A stretch of DNA of 14,337 nucleotides from a virus, in the UHGV virus genome UHGV-1688991. One strand, given 5' to 3'. This document shows positions 1 through 8,310 of this stretch, piece by piece. Below the pieces are notes generated by a model that made no database searches, was not told the origin of the DNA, and saw nothing but the letters and a program-made list of their open reading frames with translations. The stretch's first letter is position 1. Every line of letters begins with the position of its first letter. Made by a program: the position numbers and the translations under genes.

Positions 1-186
1 ACTGATTCAATTATTATTAGTTTCCGAACGGATAATGAATTTATGCCAGCACGTATGGAAATGGAAGATTCCGAGAAGTCTGCTGCAATCGCGCTAAAAA
101 AAGGACAGCAAGTCACTGTCATTTGCGAAAGAATGTCTCGCATTGTAGGCGCACCATCTGGTCGGGATTGCGTATTTACGCATTAA
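1..186 (+). CDS. 3' end of a plus-strand ORF entering from upstream of the window; product unknown
   Basis: Frame 1 is open from position 1 to TAA at 184-186 (...EDSEKSAAIALKKGQQVTVICERMSRIVGAPSGRDCVFTH*). It converges on the minus-strand tape measure gene. No family recognised. Confidence 0.35.
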   Translation, partial: TDSIIISFRTDNEFMPARMEMEDSEKSAAIALKKGQQVTVICERMSRIVGAPSGRDCVFTH

Positions 187-192
187 TTACCA

Positions 193-212
193 GGGAGGGT
201 AATTACCCTCCC
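193..212. terminator. Perfect 20-bp palindrome GGGAGGGTAATTACCCTCCC, candidate hairpin terminator between convergent genes
   Basis: Exact self-complementarity read directly. It lies 6 nt after the plus-strand TAA and contains the tape measure stop codon (203-205). The following plus-strand sequence is only moderately T-rich, so terminator function is uncertain. Confidence 0.4.
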
Positions 213-1993
213 ATTCCAGTTCTTCCAATTCTTGTATACCCAACATCGTGAATTACATCAATTCCGGATGAACGAGTGTCGGTAACACTCATTCCTTGTG
301 GGGCACCTTTGAACTCAACGGTGATGGTTCCTTTCGGTTGAGTCGCCGTTCCCTGTTTGATCTGATAAGGGTTATATCCTGAACTGGCCACGCCTGTACC
401 ATACGCACCGTAACCGCCAGCCCCCCACTGCGCAGCGTTTGCGGCAGCAACCGTATCGCTGGCACCATCAGAGAACCACTCAATGATGGGCCTCAGCTTT
501 TCCCACATGTCCTGGAACCATTTCACGATTGGGCCCCAGTTATTGATCACCATCCCCAGCGGCGACCAGGCAAAAACTTTCTTAAGGAGTTCCCAGCCAG
601 CCTCAAAATAAGGACCAATGGTTTCCCAGAGTTTCTTAAAATAAGGTCCGACAACATCCCAGTTAGTGATAATTAATCCCGCAGCCAGGGCAATCGCCGT
701 CGCAATCATGCCAATCGGCGTCATCGACATGATCCTGCTGACAATACTGATGGCACCGCCAACGCCCATCAATCCCAGTTTCAGAATCGCAAGACCGGCA
801 GCAAGCCCGACGACGCCGCGAATAACCCGGGGATTTTCATCCGCAAACTTCGTGAATTTCTCCCCCAACTCCCCCAGCCATTGCGTGATATTTTTGGCGT
901 CACCAGAAAATGCGCCGCCAATAGCCGCAAGGCCGTTAGTTGCGGTCCCCGTCATTGCCTCCCACAGGTTGGACAGCGTACCAAGCTGGGCCTGAACACG
1001 TTTATTCAGGCTGGCCTGTTTATTCATCTTCTGCTGGATCTGATCGTAGCCATCCTTTCCTTTATCGATTAGTGCATTGACCACCTGAAGGGTTTCGGCA
1101 TCATCACCAAATATTGCCTTAAGTACACCTGTTCGCTTAACGTCGGTCAGTTTTCGCAGCTTTGCCAGTTGCCTGAACATGTTATCAAGACCGCCAAAAC
1201 TTCCTTTGCCGTCAGTAAAATCGAGCTGTACCCCGAGTTTCTGGCGGGCCATGATTTTATTGACGTCCCTGATTTTCTTAACGCTTAATCCGGACTGGAT
1301 AACTTTTCGCAGGGCATTACCTGCCGACTCCCCGTTCATCCCCATCTGATCCATCATGACGCTGATGGGGGCAAGGCTCTGTGCAGCCTGAAGACCGTCC
1401 TTGTTCACCATCTTCAGAACAGAACTGGTTTTAGTGAAGAAGGACAACATGTTGGTATCGTCAACGCCCAGATAAAACGCCTTCTGGATAGTGTCGAACA
1501 GCCCCATCATGTCTTCTGACGCCGTTCCGGTAGCATCCTGCATCTTTGCAGCAAACTCAGCAGCCGCTTCCGGTGTTTTTTTCAGTTGTACCGCAAGATA
1601 AGCTGTCGCTTTACCCACACCGCCAAGAATGTTTTCTGCCGGGATCCCCTGACGCACCAGCATCTGCATCATGTTCTGGAAATCAGCCGTTGTACCGGGT
1701 AGCTGGTTACCCAGGCCAATAGCCAGTTTATTGATGTCCTGAAAGCTCTTTCCAACCTCGCCATTCGCATCCATCATGGCGACTTTCAGCCCGGTGGCGG
1801 CGTTTTCCTGATCGGCATAAGATTTCAGGGAAAGCGTCAGACCCGCTGCCAGTCCGCCACCAAGCGCCAGCCCACCCTTTGACGCTTCTTCCGCCTGGCG
1901 TTTAAATCCCCGGATTTTCTTTTGCATTTTCGACAGCGCGGGAGAAAGCCTGTCGACACCGGTGATCAACGCCTTAAGCTCAAATTCAGCCAT
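203..1993 (-). CDS. Phage tail tape measure protein
   Basis: 596 aa; Ala/Gly/Met-rich helical N-terminal part, hydrophobic segments near residue 400, Gly/Tyr-rich C-terminus. Sits directly after the chaperone/frameshift gene, as in contractile-tail modules. SD AGGAGA lies 9 nt upstream of ATG 1993. Relatively short for a tape measure, so may be truncated. Confidence 0.75.
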   Translation of the reverse strand: MAEFELKALITGVDRLSPALSKMQKKIRGFKRQAEEASKGGLALGGGLAAGLTLSLKSYADQENAATGLKVAMMDANGEVGKSFQDINKLAIGLGNQLPGTTADFQNMMQMLVRQGIPAENILGGVGKATAYLAVQLKKTPEAAAEFAAKMQDATGTASEDMMGLFDTIQKAFYLGVDDTNMLSFFTKTSSVLKMVNKDGLQAAQSLAPISVMMDQMGMNGESAGNALRKVIQSGLSVKKIRDVNKIMARQKLGVQLDFTDGKGSFGGLDNMFRQLAKLRKLTDVKRTGVLKAIFGDDAETLQVVNALIDKGKDGYDQIQQKMNKQASLNKRVQAQLGTLSNLWEAMTGTATNGLAAIGGAFSGDAKNITQWLGELGEKFTKFADENPRVIRGVVGLAAGLAILKLGLMGVGGAISIVSRIMSMTPIGMIATAIALAAGLIITNWDVVGPYFKKLWETIGPYFEAGWELLKKVFAWSPLGMVINNWGPIVKWFQDMWEKLRPIIEWFSDGASDTVAAANAAQWGAGGYGAYGTGVASSGYNPYQIKQGTATQPKGTITVEFKGAPQGMSVTDTRSSGIDVIHDVGYTRIGRTGMGG

Positions 1994-2404
1994 GTGTGCG
2001 TTTCTCCTGCTCTATCCTGTTTGCCTGACTGACCAGCAAGGGAATTTCACTGATCGGCATATTCAGCAATTCGAAGGGATTAATGCGCCAGTAACTGGCG
2101 CAGTCAAAGAAGCGATCAGTGAGGTATTCAGCCGTCAGGCCTGGAGGAAAAAACCGGCCACAAGCCACGCCGCTGCATTCAGGTCTGCCGGAGACATCTG
2201 GTCGACAGAGCTTTGCGGCACTTTCGCCAGCCGCACGATGTATTTCGATACCACATGCGCCAGAAGTCTGACGGACTCATCCTGATTCATCTGGTAGGGA
2301 TATCCCAGCTCGCGGACATCTTTCCCGGTGGGCTCATCAAACTCCAGTACGGAGAGTGTCTCGCCATGAGCGGTAATCGGTTTCTTTAACTCAAGCTCTT
2401 TCAT
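1986..2404 (-). CDS. Tail assembly chaperone, predicted -1 frameshift fusion product
   Basis: A second ORF in the -1 frame overlaps the chaperone 3' end and stops at 1986-1988, just before the tape measure ATG. The slippery heptamer T_TTT_TTC lies exactly in the overlap. Confidence 0.5.
2135..2404 (-). CDS. Tail assembly chaperone (short, unshifted product)
   Basis: 89-aa ORF between tail tube and tape measure, the conserved chaperone position. Its ATG overlaps the tube stop (2404-2406). Confidence 0.65.
   Translation of the reverse strand: MKELELKKPITAHGETLSVLEFDEPTGKDVRELGYPYQMNQDESVRLLAHVVSKYIVRLAKVPQSSVDQMSPADLNAAAWLVAGFFLQA
2147..2153 (-). promoter_or_regulatory. Candidate -1 ribosomal frameshift slippery heptamer T_TTT_TTC
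   Basis: Plus strand 2147-2153 is gaaaaaa, so the minus strand reads TTTTTTC. In the chaperone frame the codons are GGT TTT TTC; the -1 frame continues as TTT TTT CCT CCA. Confidence 0.5.
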
Positions 2405-2760
2405 TACTGGTAATCCCCTTCTTCACCGTGGAACTCAAGATCGACCGTGCCTTCTTCGGCATTATGGTTCGCTTCGCCGTGCAGCCAGGCAGACGACAGT
2501 ACATAGACCTGACCGTTCGCCAGCTCGGCAGTGATGGTCATCTCATCAGACGAGGTGATTTTGCTCACCGGAAAATTCTTCGGCACCTTGAAGGTCCCTT
2601 TGACATAAGGTGCACGGTGAGTTTCCTTGCGGTCCACTGAACCGTCCAGGCCGATGATGTCATCATTGACCGTCCTGTTCATGGGCACCTCAATGCCGCC
2701 GGTCAGCGATAGCTGCTGACCGTCAATTTTGAAATAACAGGTTCCCCCGATACGGGCCAT
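2404..2760 (-). CDS. Phage tail tube protein (Mu gpM-like)
   Basis: 118 aa, directly downstream of the sheath gene with start overlapping the sheath stop. Size and position match tube proteins of Mu/SfV-type contractile tails. Confidence 0.75.
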   Translation of the reverse strand: MARIGGTCYFKIDGQQLSLTGGIEVPMNRTVNDDIIGLDGSVDRKETHRAPYVKGTFKVPKNFPVSKITSSDEMTITAELANGQVYVLSSAWLHGEANHNAEEGTVDLEFHGEEGDYQ

Positions 2761-4256
2761 TATGCAGACTCCTCTGAATACTGAAGACGGAACTGGTTAA
2801 CCACGGCAAAGACACGCAACTGGTTAACATAGTCAGGCGGGAACAGCGTGTTCAGGCGGTTCGGATCGCTGGCATCACGCTCCACAACCAGGTACTGCTT
2901 AAACAGTTCGTAGTTTTCCACAATCCCCGCACGCTCGAGCTGACGGTAGGTTGCCAGCAGTTCCCCTTTGATCACCGCCGGGGTGACAATCGCCTGACCG
3001 GGACCAAAGCGGGTACCGTCACTGGCAAGCTTGTGACGCCCGTACTTACTGGTAATGACGGATTTCAGTTTGCGCAGTACATACGCGCTGGTATGCAGTG
3101 TCTCACTGTCGAGGTAGCTGTTATCCGCAACCCCGTAAGCGTTTTTCCTGTACGTGGTGACATCACGCTGAGTGCGCAGTACCCCACTTTCGACATACGC
3201 CGTTGCCACGCCATGAGACAGCAGGGTCTGTTGTTCGGTCATCGTGAACCGTTTCCCCTTCGGCGCAGGCAGCATACCCACCAGCTCACCGGTCTGCGTG
3301 GGACGTGCCGGATCGTTGCGAATAAACACCGCTGCGCGGGCGGTACGGCTTGCCGCCAGCTCGTCAGCAGGCGTCTGGGTCTCTTTTTCGTACCCCGCCA
3401 GGGTAATGTGCTGCTGGTTAAACTGGTCACCTGCGGTCACCAGTTCTGACAGCGTGCCGATCTTTGCCGTATACACATGACCATACAGCTGACGCGCATA
3501 GCTCCAGCGACCGCTGGTATCGTTCATCTCGGTCACCAGCGTGTTAACGGAGGCCGTGTCGTTGAATGGCAGGCCGATATAATCAAACGGCTCATCCGCC
3601 ATTGCAGCCACCGCGCCGGTGAGAACAGGAGAGCCCGTTCCGGCGGTCCCCGTCGCCACGGCAATCTGTACGCCCGCTGGCAGCACTTCACCCCCACCAA
3701 AGCCGTAGTAATTGAGGCTGACAGGAATTTCATTCCCGCAAAGCCCCTTATGACGCGCGGTCAGTGTGACCACGCCAGCCGAAGATGAAGCTGTAAACGG
3801 CAGAGTCGGAACGGCATTGATGGCATCTTTGATACTGCTGGCAATCGTCGTGACGTTATCGCCGTTGGTCACCGGAGCCTGCACGCGGGTACGTCCCACA
3901 TAGACATTCACCGTGCCGCTTTCGGTTGCTTCCCCGGTCACCGTCAGCGTAACCGTTGCCGCCGCGCCTGTGGCTTCCGGAACGGCAATCACATACAGCT
4001 CACCAAACGGGTCGGTCTGGCGATAAGCCTCAACCATACGCGCCAGCTGACTTCCCGCACCACAAATCTGGCGTGCATAGTCTGCCGACGGCATCAGCAC
4101 CAGACTGTTGGCAACAATCTCTGCACCGTTATTGGCATGACCAATCAGCAGCGATGCTCCGCTGTCCTGTGCAGTATTCGCCGCCTGGTTATCCATTTCC
4201 GCATAAAACAGCGGAACCAGCGTATTCGACGGAATGGTGTTAAAGCTTATCGTCAT
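2760..4256 (-). CDS. Phage tail sheath protein (Mu gpL-like)
   Basis: 498 aa; size, composition and position upstream of tube match the contractile sheath family. SD AAGGTG lies 6 nt upstream of ATG 4256. Confidence 0.85.
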   Translation of the reverse strand: MTISFNTIPSNTLVPLFYAEMDNQAANTAQDSGASLLIGHANNGAEIVANSLVLMPSADYARQICGAGSQLARMVEAYRQTDPFGELYVIAVPEATGAAATVTLTVTGEATESGTVNVYVGRTRVQAPVTNGDNVTTIASSIKDAINAVPTLPFTASSSAGVVTLTARHKGLCGNEIPVSLNYYGFGGGEVLPAGVQIAVATGTAGTGSPVLTGAVAAMADEPFDYIGLPFNDTASVNTLVTEMNDTSGRWSYARQLYGHVYTAKIGTLSELVTAGDQFNQQHITLAGYEKETQTPADELAASRTARAAVFIRNDPARPTQTGELVGMLPAPKGKRFTMTEQQTLLSHGVATAYVESGVLRTQRDVTTYRKNAYGVADNSYLDSETLHTSAYVLRKLKSVITSKYGRHKLASDGTRFGPGQAIVTPAVIKGELLATYRQLERAGIVENYELFKQYLVVERDASDPNRLNTLFPPDYVNQLRVFAVVNQFRLQYSEESA

Positions 4257-4410
4257 TGGTGTTCACCTTTTTATTCACGCGCCGGATATCACCCGCTGCT
4301 TCACGGCGCAGCCAGTAGTTGTTCTCATCAACATTTCGCCCTTCGGCGGGCAAAAGGTCGCCGCGGGCAGGGTCAGGAACTGACCGCCCTTTAACAGGTT
4401 TCACAAACAT
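4239..4410 (-). CDS. Small hypothetical protein (56 aa) immediately upstream of sheath, possibly a DUF2635-like Mu-tail-module protein
   Basis: Below the ORF-track size cutoff; found by manual translation (MFVKPVKGRSVPDPARGDLLPAEGRNVDENNYWLRREAAGDIRRVNKKVNTNDDKL*). It fills the gap between the gp37-like and sheath genes. No strong SD. Confidence 0.35.
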
Positions 4411-4418
4411 GAAGATTC

Positions 4419-4979
4419 TCAGGAAGGAAGGGTTATTTCGGTGTGATGTTCGATATCGCCGTCAGGCCCGTTACCGGGATCGAGATAATCAACATCAATC
4501 GCCAGCGTTCGCAGTTCATCCAGACTGTTCAGGTCATCCTGCTGGCGGGTATCGTCTTCGGTCAGCTCGCTGATGACCGAAAAATCGAACTGATAAATCA
4601 GCTCATGACGATTCAGATCCAGCAGCGTGCCGCCGTCATAGGTAATCGGGTTACCGCACGCTTCCGGGTTCCAGCCCAGCAGGGCCTTAAAGAGCATCTG
4701 CCGGACATCGTCCACCACATCATACGAAGCAAACTGACCGCGCTCATCACGCCCGTTACTCAGTATGACAACCACGGAGAAACCCTCTTTCAGCTCCTGC
4801 CAGTAGTCGGTCTGGCTTTTGTTTTCTCCCGGAGAATCATCACCCGGTACAACATATGCCGCCGGGAGTTTCAGCTTTCCGACCTCCGGCAGATTTTTGA
4901 ACTGTGCCGCGCCTGCCACCCGGTTTTCAAAATACGGGCAGCGGGCACGCAGCGCAGCAATAACAGGCGTCAGTTTCAT
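4419..4979 (-). CDS. Phage virion protein, Mu gp37-like (DUF1834-like), putative neck/tail completion
   Basis: 186-aa acidic protein positioned between the head-completion genes and the sheath. ATG overlaps the upstream stop (ATGA). Family assignment is from memory. Confidence 0.55.
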   Translation of the reverse strand: MKLTPVIAALRARCPYFENRVAGAAQFKNLPEVGKLKLPAAYVVPGDDSPGENKSQTDYWQELKEGFSVVVILSNGRDERGQFASYDVVDDVRQMLFKALLGWNPEACGNPITYDGGTLLDLNRHELIYQFDFSVISELTEDDTRQQDDLNSLDELRTLAIDVDYLDPGNGPDGDIEHHTEITLPS

Positions 4980-5482
4980 CTGTGTCGTCGCTCCGGCTTC
5001 AGTGATTTACGTAATTCCCGCGCCAGAAAATAGCGTGTCCAGCTGCGGTTCTTTTCAAGAGTTTCCACCATAAAGTTATTACGTGGAGCCAGCCGCCAGC
5101 CGCTGCCACCGGATGCACCACGATGATGACTACGACGACGTTTTGCTCCTCCCCGGACACCAAAAAACAGAAATGCCGGATAGAAGTCACCAGAGATCAT
5201 CCGGTTCCCCTTCCCGTTGCGCTGGTTAGGGGCAATGCGTGTCATAAAACCGGCTCGCTTTTTACTGGCTCTCGGCACCATATAACCAATCGAACGAGCC
5301 AGGCGTCCGGTCTGATAACCGGGGTTTTCACCTGGTACCGACCGCGCACGGCGCATCACCAGCCGACGGGCATCACGCATATGACGCTGCCCAATCGTGA
5401 CAAACGCCCTCCGGACACGGGCGCGGTTAAAGCGCATCTCGGCGGGCTGCTGAACATCAACGTGAAAAAAGGGAGTCGCCAT
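4976..5482 (-). CDS. HK97 gp10-like phage tail-component protein
   Basis: 168 aa, strongly basic, in the conserved position after the head closure gene. SD GGAGG lies 5 nt upstream of ATG 5482. Confidence 0.55.
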   Translation of the reverse strand: MATPFFHVDVQQPAEMRFNRARVRRAFVTIGQRHMRDARRLVMRRARSVPGENPGYQTGRLARSIGYMVPRASKKRAGFMTRIAPNQRNGKGNRMISGDFYPAFLFFGVRGGAKRRRSHHRGASGGSGWRLAPRNNFMVETLEKNRSWTRYFLARELRKSLKPERRHR

Positions 5483-5867
5483 TGCTGCCTCCGTGACTCT
5501 GCCTACATTCGCCCAGCTCCGTACACTCCAGCAGCAGAAAGCGCCGCGCCCCGTTCAGATCACGCTGACGTTTCACCCGGTACACACTGTCATCACAGAC
5601 CACCTCATAATCAGCAGTGATCCCCCGGCGGTAACGAATGGTGATGTAATGGGTGATGGCGTCCCCGGTCTGCGCGGTTTCCTGCCAGGTGGTGGCACTG
5701 GTCTGGATAACCTTCGCCCATGTCCGGAACGTAACCGGGTATTGAGACTCCACGCCAAAGTTATCCGCGGGCATATCCACCCGCTGGCGGATCAGGACGC
5801 GTTTATTCAGTTCACCGGGGTCCGGCAGAATGTAGGTTGCGCTGGTCTGCGCCTGACGAATTTTCAT
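5457..5867 (-). CDS. Head-tail adaptor / head closure protein
   Basis: 136 aa, following the gp6-like connector; N-terminal ...DPGELNKRVLIRQ... resembles head-tail joining proteins. ATGA overlap with the upstream gene. Confidence 0.65.
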   Translation of the reverse strand: MKIRQAQTSATYILPDPGELNKRVLIRQRVDMPADNFGVESQYPVTFRTWAKVIQTSATTWQETAQTGDAITHYITIRYRRGITADYEVVCDDSVYRVKRQRDLNGARRFLLLECTELGECRQSHGGSNGDSLFSR

Positions 5868-6187
5868 TGCGGAAAGTACCTGTACGGGCCGACAAGCCAG
5901 CCAAAACTCTGCGGCATGTCGAGTTTCTCCACTTCCGTAACCGACGAGCGGTTTTCGTAAAAATGGCTGATAAGCATCAGCATCCCCAGACGAATATCAT
6001 CCGGCAGGTGCAGTCCGTCCGGGTCGCTGTCCGGAATGGTTTCATCCGGAGCATAGAGCTTCCGGTTCAGATACGTTTCCGTCCGCTTTTGCGCCGCACA
6101 GGCCAGCAGTTGCAGATGGCGGTCATCAGCATCGAAATCCTCATCCAGCCGGAGTTGGGCTTTAATCTCTTCCATTGTCAGAAGCAT
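5864..6187 (-). CDS. Head-tail connector protein (gp6-like)
   Basis: 107 aa; N-terminal MEEIKAQLRLDEDFDADD... is typical of the gp6-like connector family. Located after the major capsid gene. Confidence 0.7.
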   Translation of the reverse strand: MLLTMEEIKAQLRLDEDFDADDRHLQLLACAAQKRTETYLNRKLYAPDETIPDSDPDGLHLPDDIRLGMLMLISHFYENRSSVTEVEKLDMPQSFGWLVGPYRYFPQ

Positions 6188-6189
6188 AC

Positions 6190-6390
6190 TCAGCCCTCTT
6201 TACAGGTCGTGGCTTTTTTCTCTTTTGCCGCTTTACTGCTTTTTGCACTGATTCCGCGCTCTGCTAACCCGGCCTGAAGTGCAATCTCCTGCACACGGGC
6301 AGGAAGCGCCCCGTCGTCATACTCACCGGCCCGAATGACCTCAACACGCATACCGTCCGGTGACCATTTCAGATCTTGTTTCAGGATCAT
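6190..6390 (-). CDS. Hypothetical small protein (66 aa) between capsid and connector
   Basis: Tightly packed: its TGA (6190-6192) lies 2 nt before the connector ATG. Lys/Ala-rich C-terminus. No family recognised. Confidence 0.4.
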   Translation of the reverse strand: MILKQDLKWSPDGMRVEVIRAGEYDDGALPARVQEIALQAGLAERGISAKSSKAAKEKKATTCKEG

Positions 6391-6439
6391 GATTCTTCAC
6401 CCGTCAGAACAGGGGGCGCGGTTCCGCGCCCATGAATGA

Positions 6440-7645
6440 TTACGCCGCTGCAATCTTCAGCAGTTTGATGGCCTGCGAATCGACCAGCATGCCGCCGGTG
6501 CGCTTGGTGGTATAAAAACCGACAAACGGTTTATTGGTGTACGGATCACGCAGAATGCGGGTACCGATACGGTCAACGATGGTGTAACCCCGCTTGAAGT
6601 TACCAAATGCAATAGCTTTCGCATCAGCGGCGATATCCGGCATCTGTTCGTTTTCAGCGATACCGTAACCCGCCAGAGAGGACGGTTGCCCCAGCTCCAG
6701 CCCCGGACGCCACAGATAGTTACCCTCGGTGTCTTTCAACAGACGGATGGCAAACAGGCTGTTGTTGTTCATCATGAACTTCGCGCCAGTGCGGTGTGCC
6801 TTACGCAGCGTGTAAATCAGTTTGATAATGGCGTCTGCGGTCACCGTCGTCGCTTCACCGGATACAATATGCTGAAGTTTACCGAACGCACGAACCTTAT
6901 CGGTTTCATCGGTGGATTCATACGCCAGGAACCCTTTTGGCTTCTTGGTGCCATCACCGGTGGTAAAGGCAATTTCTTCCTGTTCAGCAAATTCGGTCGC
7001 CAGCTCGCTGTTGATCCAGGCCTCCACGTTGAAGAAGGCATCATCCAGCATTTTCTGAGTGGCCTGCGGGTTACCGTAGATTTCCCCCATGAAAGGTTCA
7101 ATCAGTCCCAGTTTTGAGGTGGCAGTCTGGGAGCGCGCGTCAGTCTCGCCCACCCATCCGGAAGCCGTGCCGCCCAGATTCACCAGTTTTTTGTAGTCGG
7201 AACCGCCAACGGTGATCACCGTGGCTTCCTGACGCATCACCACTTCATCTTTCAGCAAGGTCAGAATGTTGCGATCCAGCGCTTCCGGCACGGCATAGCC
7301 GCCGTCTTCATCGGTGCCCACCTGTAATGCCTTGCGCTCCAGATCGCGCAGACCATCTTCACGGCCTTTACGCAGGAAGCCCACAAACGCTTCTTTATGC
7401 TCGGTGGTCAGTTTATTTTGCGCACCACCTGCCGGACGTTTCAGCTCAAGCAGCTCTTTTTCAAGATCGCTTTTGAGGTTTTCCAGCTCGCTGAGTTTCC
7501 CGTTCAGGGTTTCCACCTGCCCGGCAAGTTTGCCTTTTTCCTGCTCAATCGCATCCACGCGCTTGTCGTTCTTTGCCTTGAAGTCGTCAAACTTCTGCTG
7601 CAGCTCCTGCGCGACCTGTTCCACATCTTTAATATCAACCGCCAT
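6440..7645 (-). CDS. Major capsid protein, HK97 family, with N-terminal coiled-coil delta domain
   Basis: 401 aa; charged helical N-terminal ~100 aa followed by a capsid-fold-sized domain. SD AGGAGA lies 6 nt upstream of ATG 7645. Directly follows the prohead protease. Confidence 0.9.
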   Translation of the reverse strand: MAVDIKDVEQVAQELQQKFDDFKAKNDKRVDAIEQEKGKLAGQVETLNGKLSELENLKSDLEKELLELKRPAGGAQNKLTTEHKEAFVGFLRKGREDGLRDLERKALQVGTDEDGGYAVPEALDRNILTLLKDEVVMRQEATVITVGGSDYKKLVNLGGTASGWVGETDARSQTATSKLGLIEPFMGEIYGNPQATQKMLDDAFFNVEAWINSELATEFAEQEEIAFTTGDGTKKPKGFLAYESTDETDKVRAFGKLQHIVSGEATTVTADAIIKLIYTLRKAHRTGAKFMMNNNSLFAIRLLKDTEGNYLWRPGLELGQPSSLAGYGIAENEQMPDIAADAKAIAFGNFKRGYTIVDRIGTRILRDPYTNKPFVGFYTTKRTGGMLVDSQAIKLLKIAAA

Positions 7646-7659
7646 CGTATTTCTCCTGA

Positions 7660-8310
7660 TTAGAAGTTCAGATTTTTCAGTGCATTCAGTGCAGAGCCCA
7701 CATCCTCAGCGTCGCGCAGGGACAGTGCGCCATAGCCCCCGGCCATGAATGCTTTGGCCTGGGTACGGGAGAGTCCGACATCACGCAGGACTCTTTCGAT
7801 TTTTTTCTGTTCAGGGATTTCCCCGCGGGCCAGCGCGTTCTTGACGTCGCTGATCCGCGCCTCGTCGTTAGACGGAAACGTCACCAGACTGACTTCCCAG
7901 AGGTCGATTTCTTTCAGCAAAAAGGCTTCTTTCGTCCGGTCGTATTCCCAGTCTTTCAGGACGTACCCAATAGAAAGGCCGGTTAACGAACCGGCCTTCA
8001 TGTGTGCATGTGCGCGTTTTGCCAGGGGATCATCATCAATGAGCAATCGCCCCCTGACGTAAAGCCCGACATCGTCTTCCTTCATTTCGGTGTAAACACC
8101 GATGGGCTCATCCATGCGGTGCTGCCAGAGCAGCGCAGGTAACGCTTTTCTGTCACTCCACGCCCGCAGGGAAGCAGCAAATGCCCCGGACATCACCACA
8201 TCATCGTGGCTGTCCTTTACACCAAAGACGGAGCCATACCCTTCAAACTCACCGGAGTCACTGACAGATTTCAGACTCAGCGGTACATCAAGACGTTGTT
8301 TCGTCTGCAT
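7660..8310 (-). CDS. Prohead maturation protease, HK97 family
   Basis: Motifs ...GYGSVFGVKDSHDDVV... and position between portal and capsid. Start revised to ATG 8310 (SD AAGGA 8 nt upstream); the track's ATG 8346 has no SD and overlaps portal by 59 nt. Confidence 0.85.
   Translation of the reverse strand: MQTKQRLDVPLSLKSVSDSGEFEGYGSVFGVKDSHDDVVMSGAFAASLRAWSDRKALPALLWQHRMDEPIGVYTEMKEDDVGLYVRGRLLIDDDPLAKRAHAHMKAGSLTGLSIGYVLKDWEYDRTKEAFLLKEIDLWEVSLVTFPSNDEARISDVKNALARGEIPEQKKIERVLRDVGLSRTQAKAFMAGGYGALSLRDAEDVGSALNALKNLNF

Noticed and set aside
289-483. Minus-strand 64-aa ORF in an alternate frame inside the tape measure gene
   Set aside because: Nested out-of-frame ORF with no RBS and no recognisable product; most likely a frame artefact.
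666-1072. Plus-strand ORFs 666..995 and 881..1072, antisense to the tape measure gene
   Set aside because: They lie entirely within a well-supported minus-strand CDS, have low-complexity Pro/Ala-rich translations typical of shadow ORFs, and have no RBS.
2085-2101. Inverted repeat GCGCCAGT-A-ACTGGCGC as the frameshift stimulatory hairpin
   Set aside because: It lies about 46 nt downstream of the slippery site, whereas stimulatory structures usually begin 5-9 nt downstream; probably incidental.
1962-2285. Plus-strand 107-aa ORF across the chaperone and frameshift region
   Set aside because: Antisense to the coupled chaperone and tape measure genes; no SD; implausible composition.
2428-3788. 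Plus-strand ORFs antisense to the tube and sheath genes (2428..2640, 3033..3449, 3244..3480, 3477..3788)
   Set aside because: Shadow ORFs inside high-confidence structural genes, with Arg-rich low-complexity translations.
4443-6277. Plus-strand ORFs of 84-196 aa antisense to the gp37-like, gp10-like, head closure and connector genes
   Set aside because: All are fully nested antisense to tightly coupled minus-strand genes, lack RBS and have Arg/Pro/Ser-rich composition.
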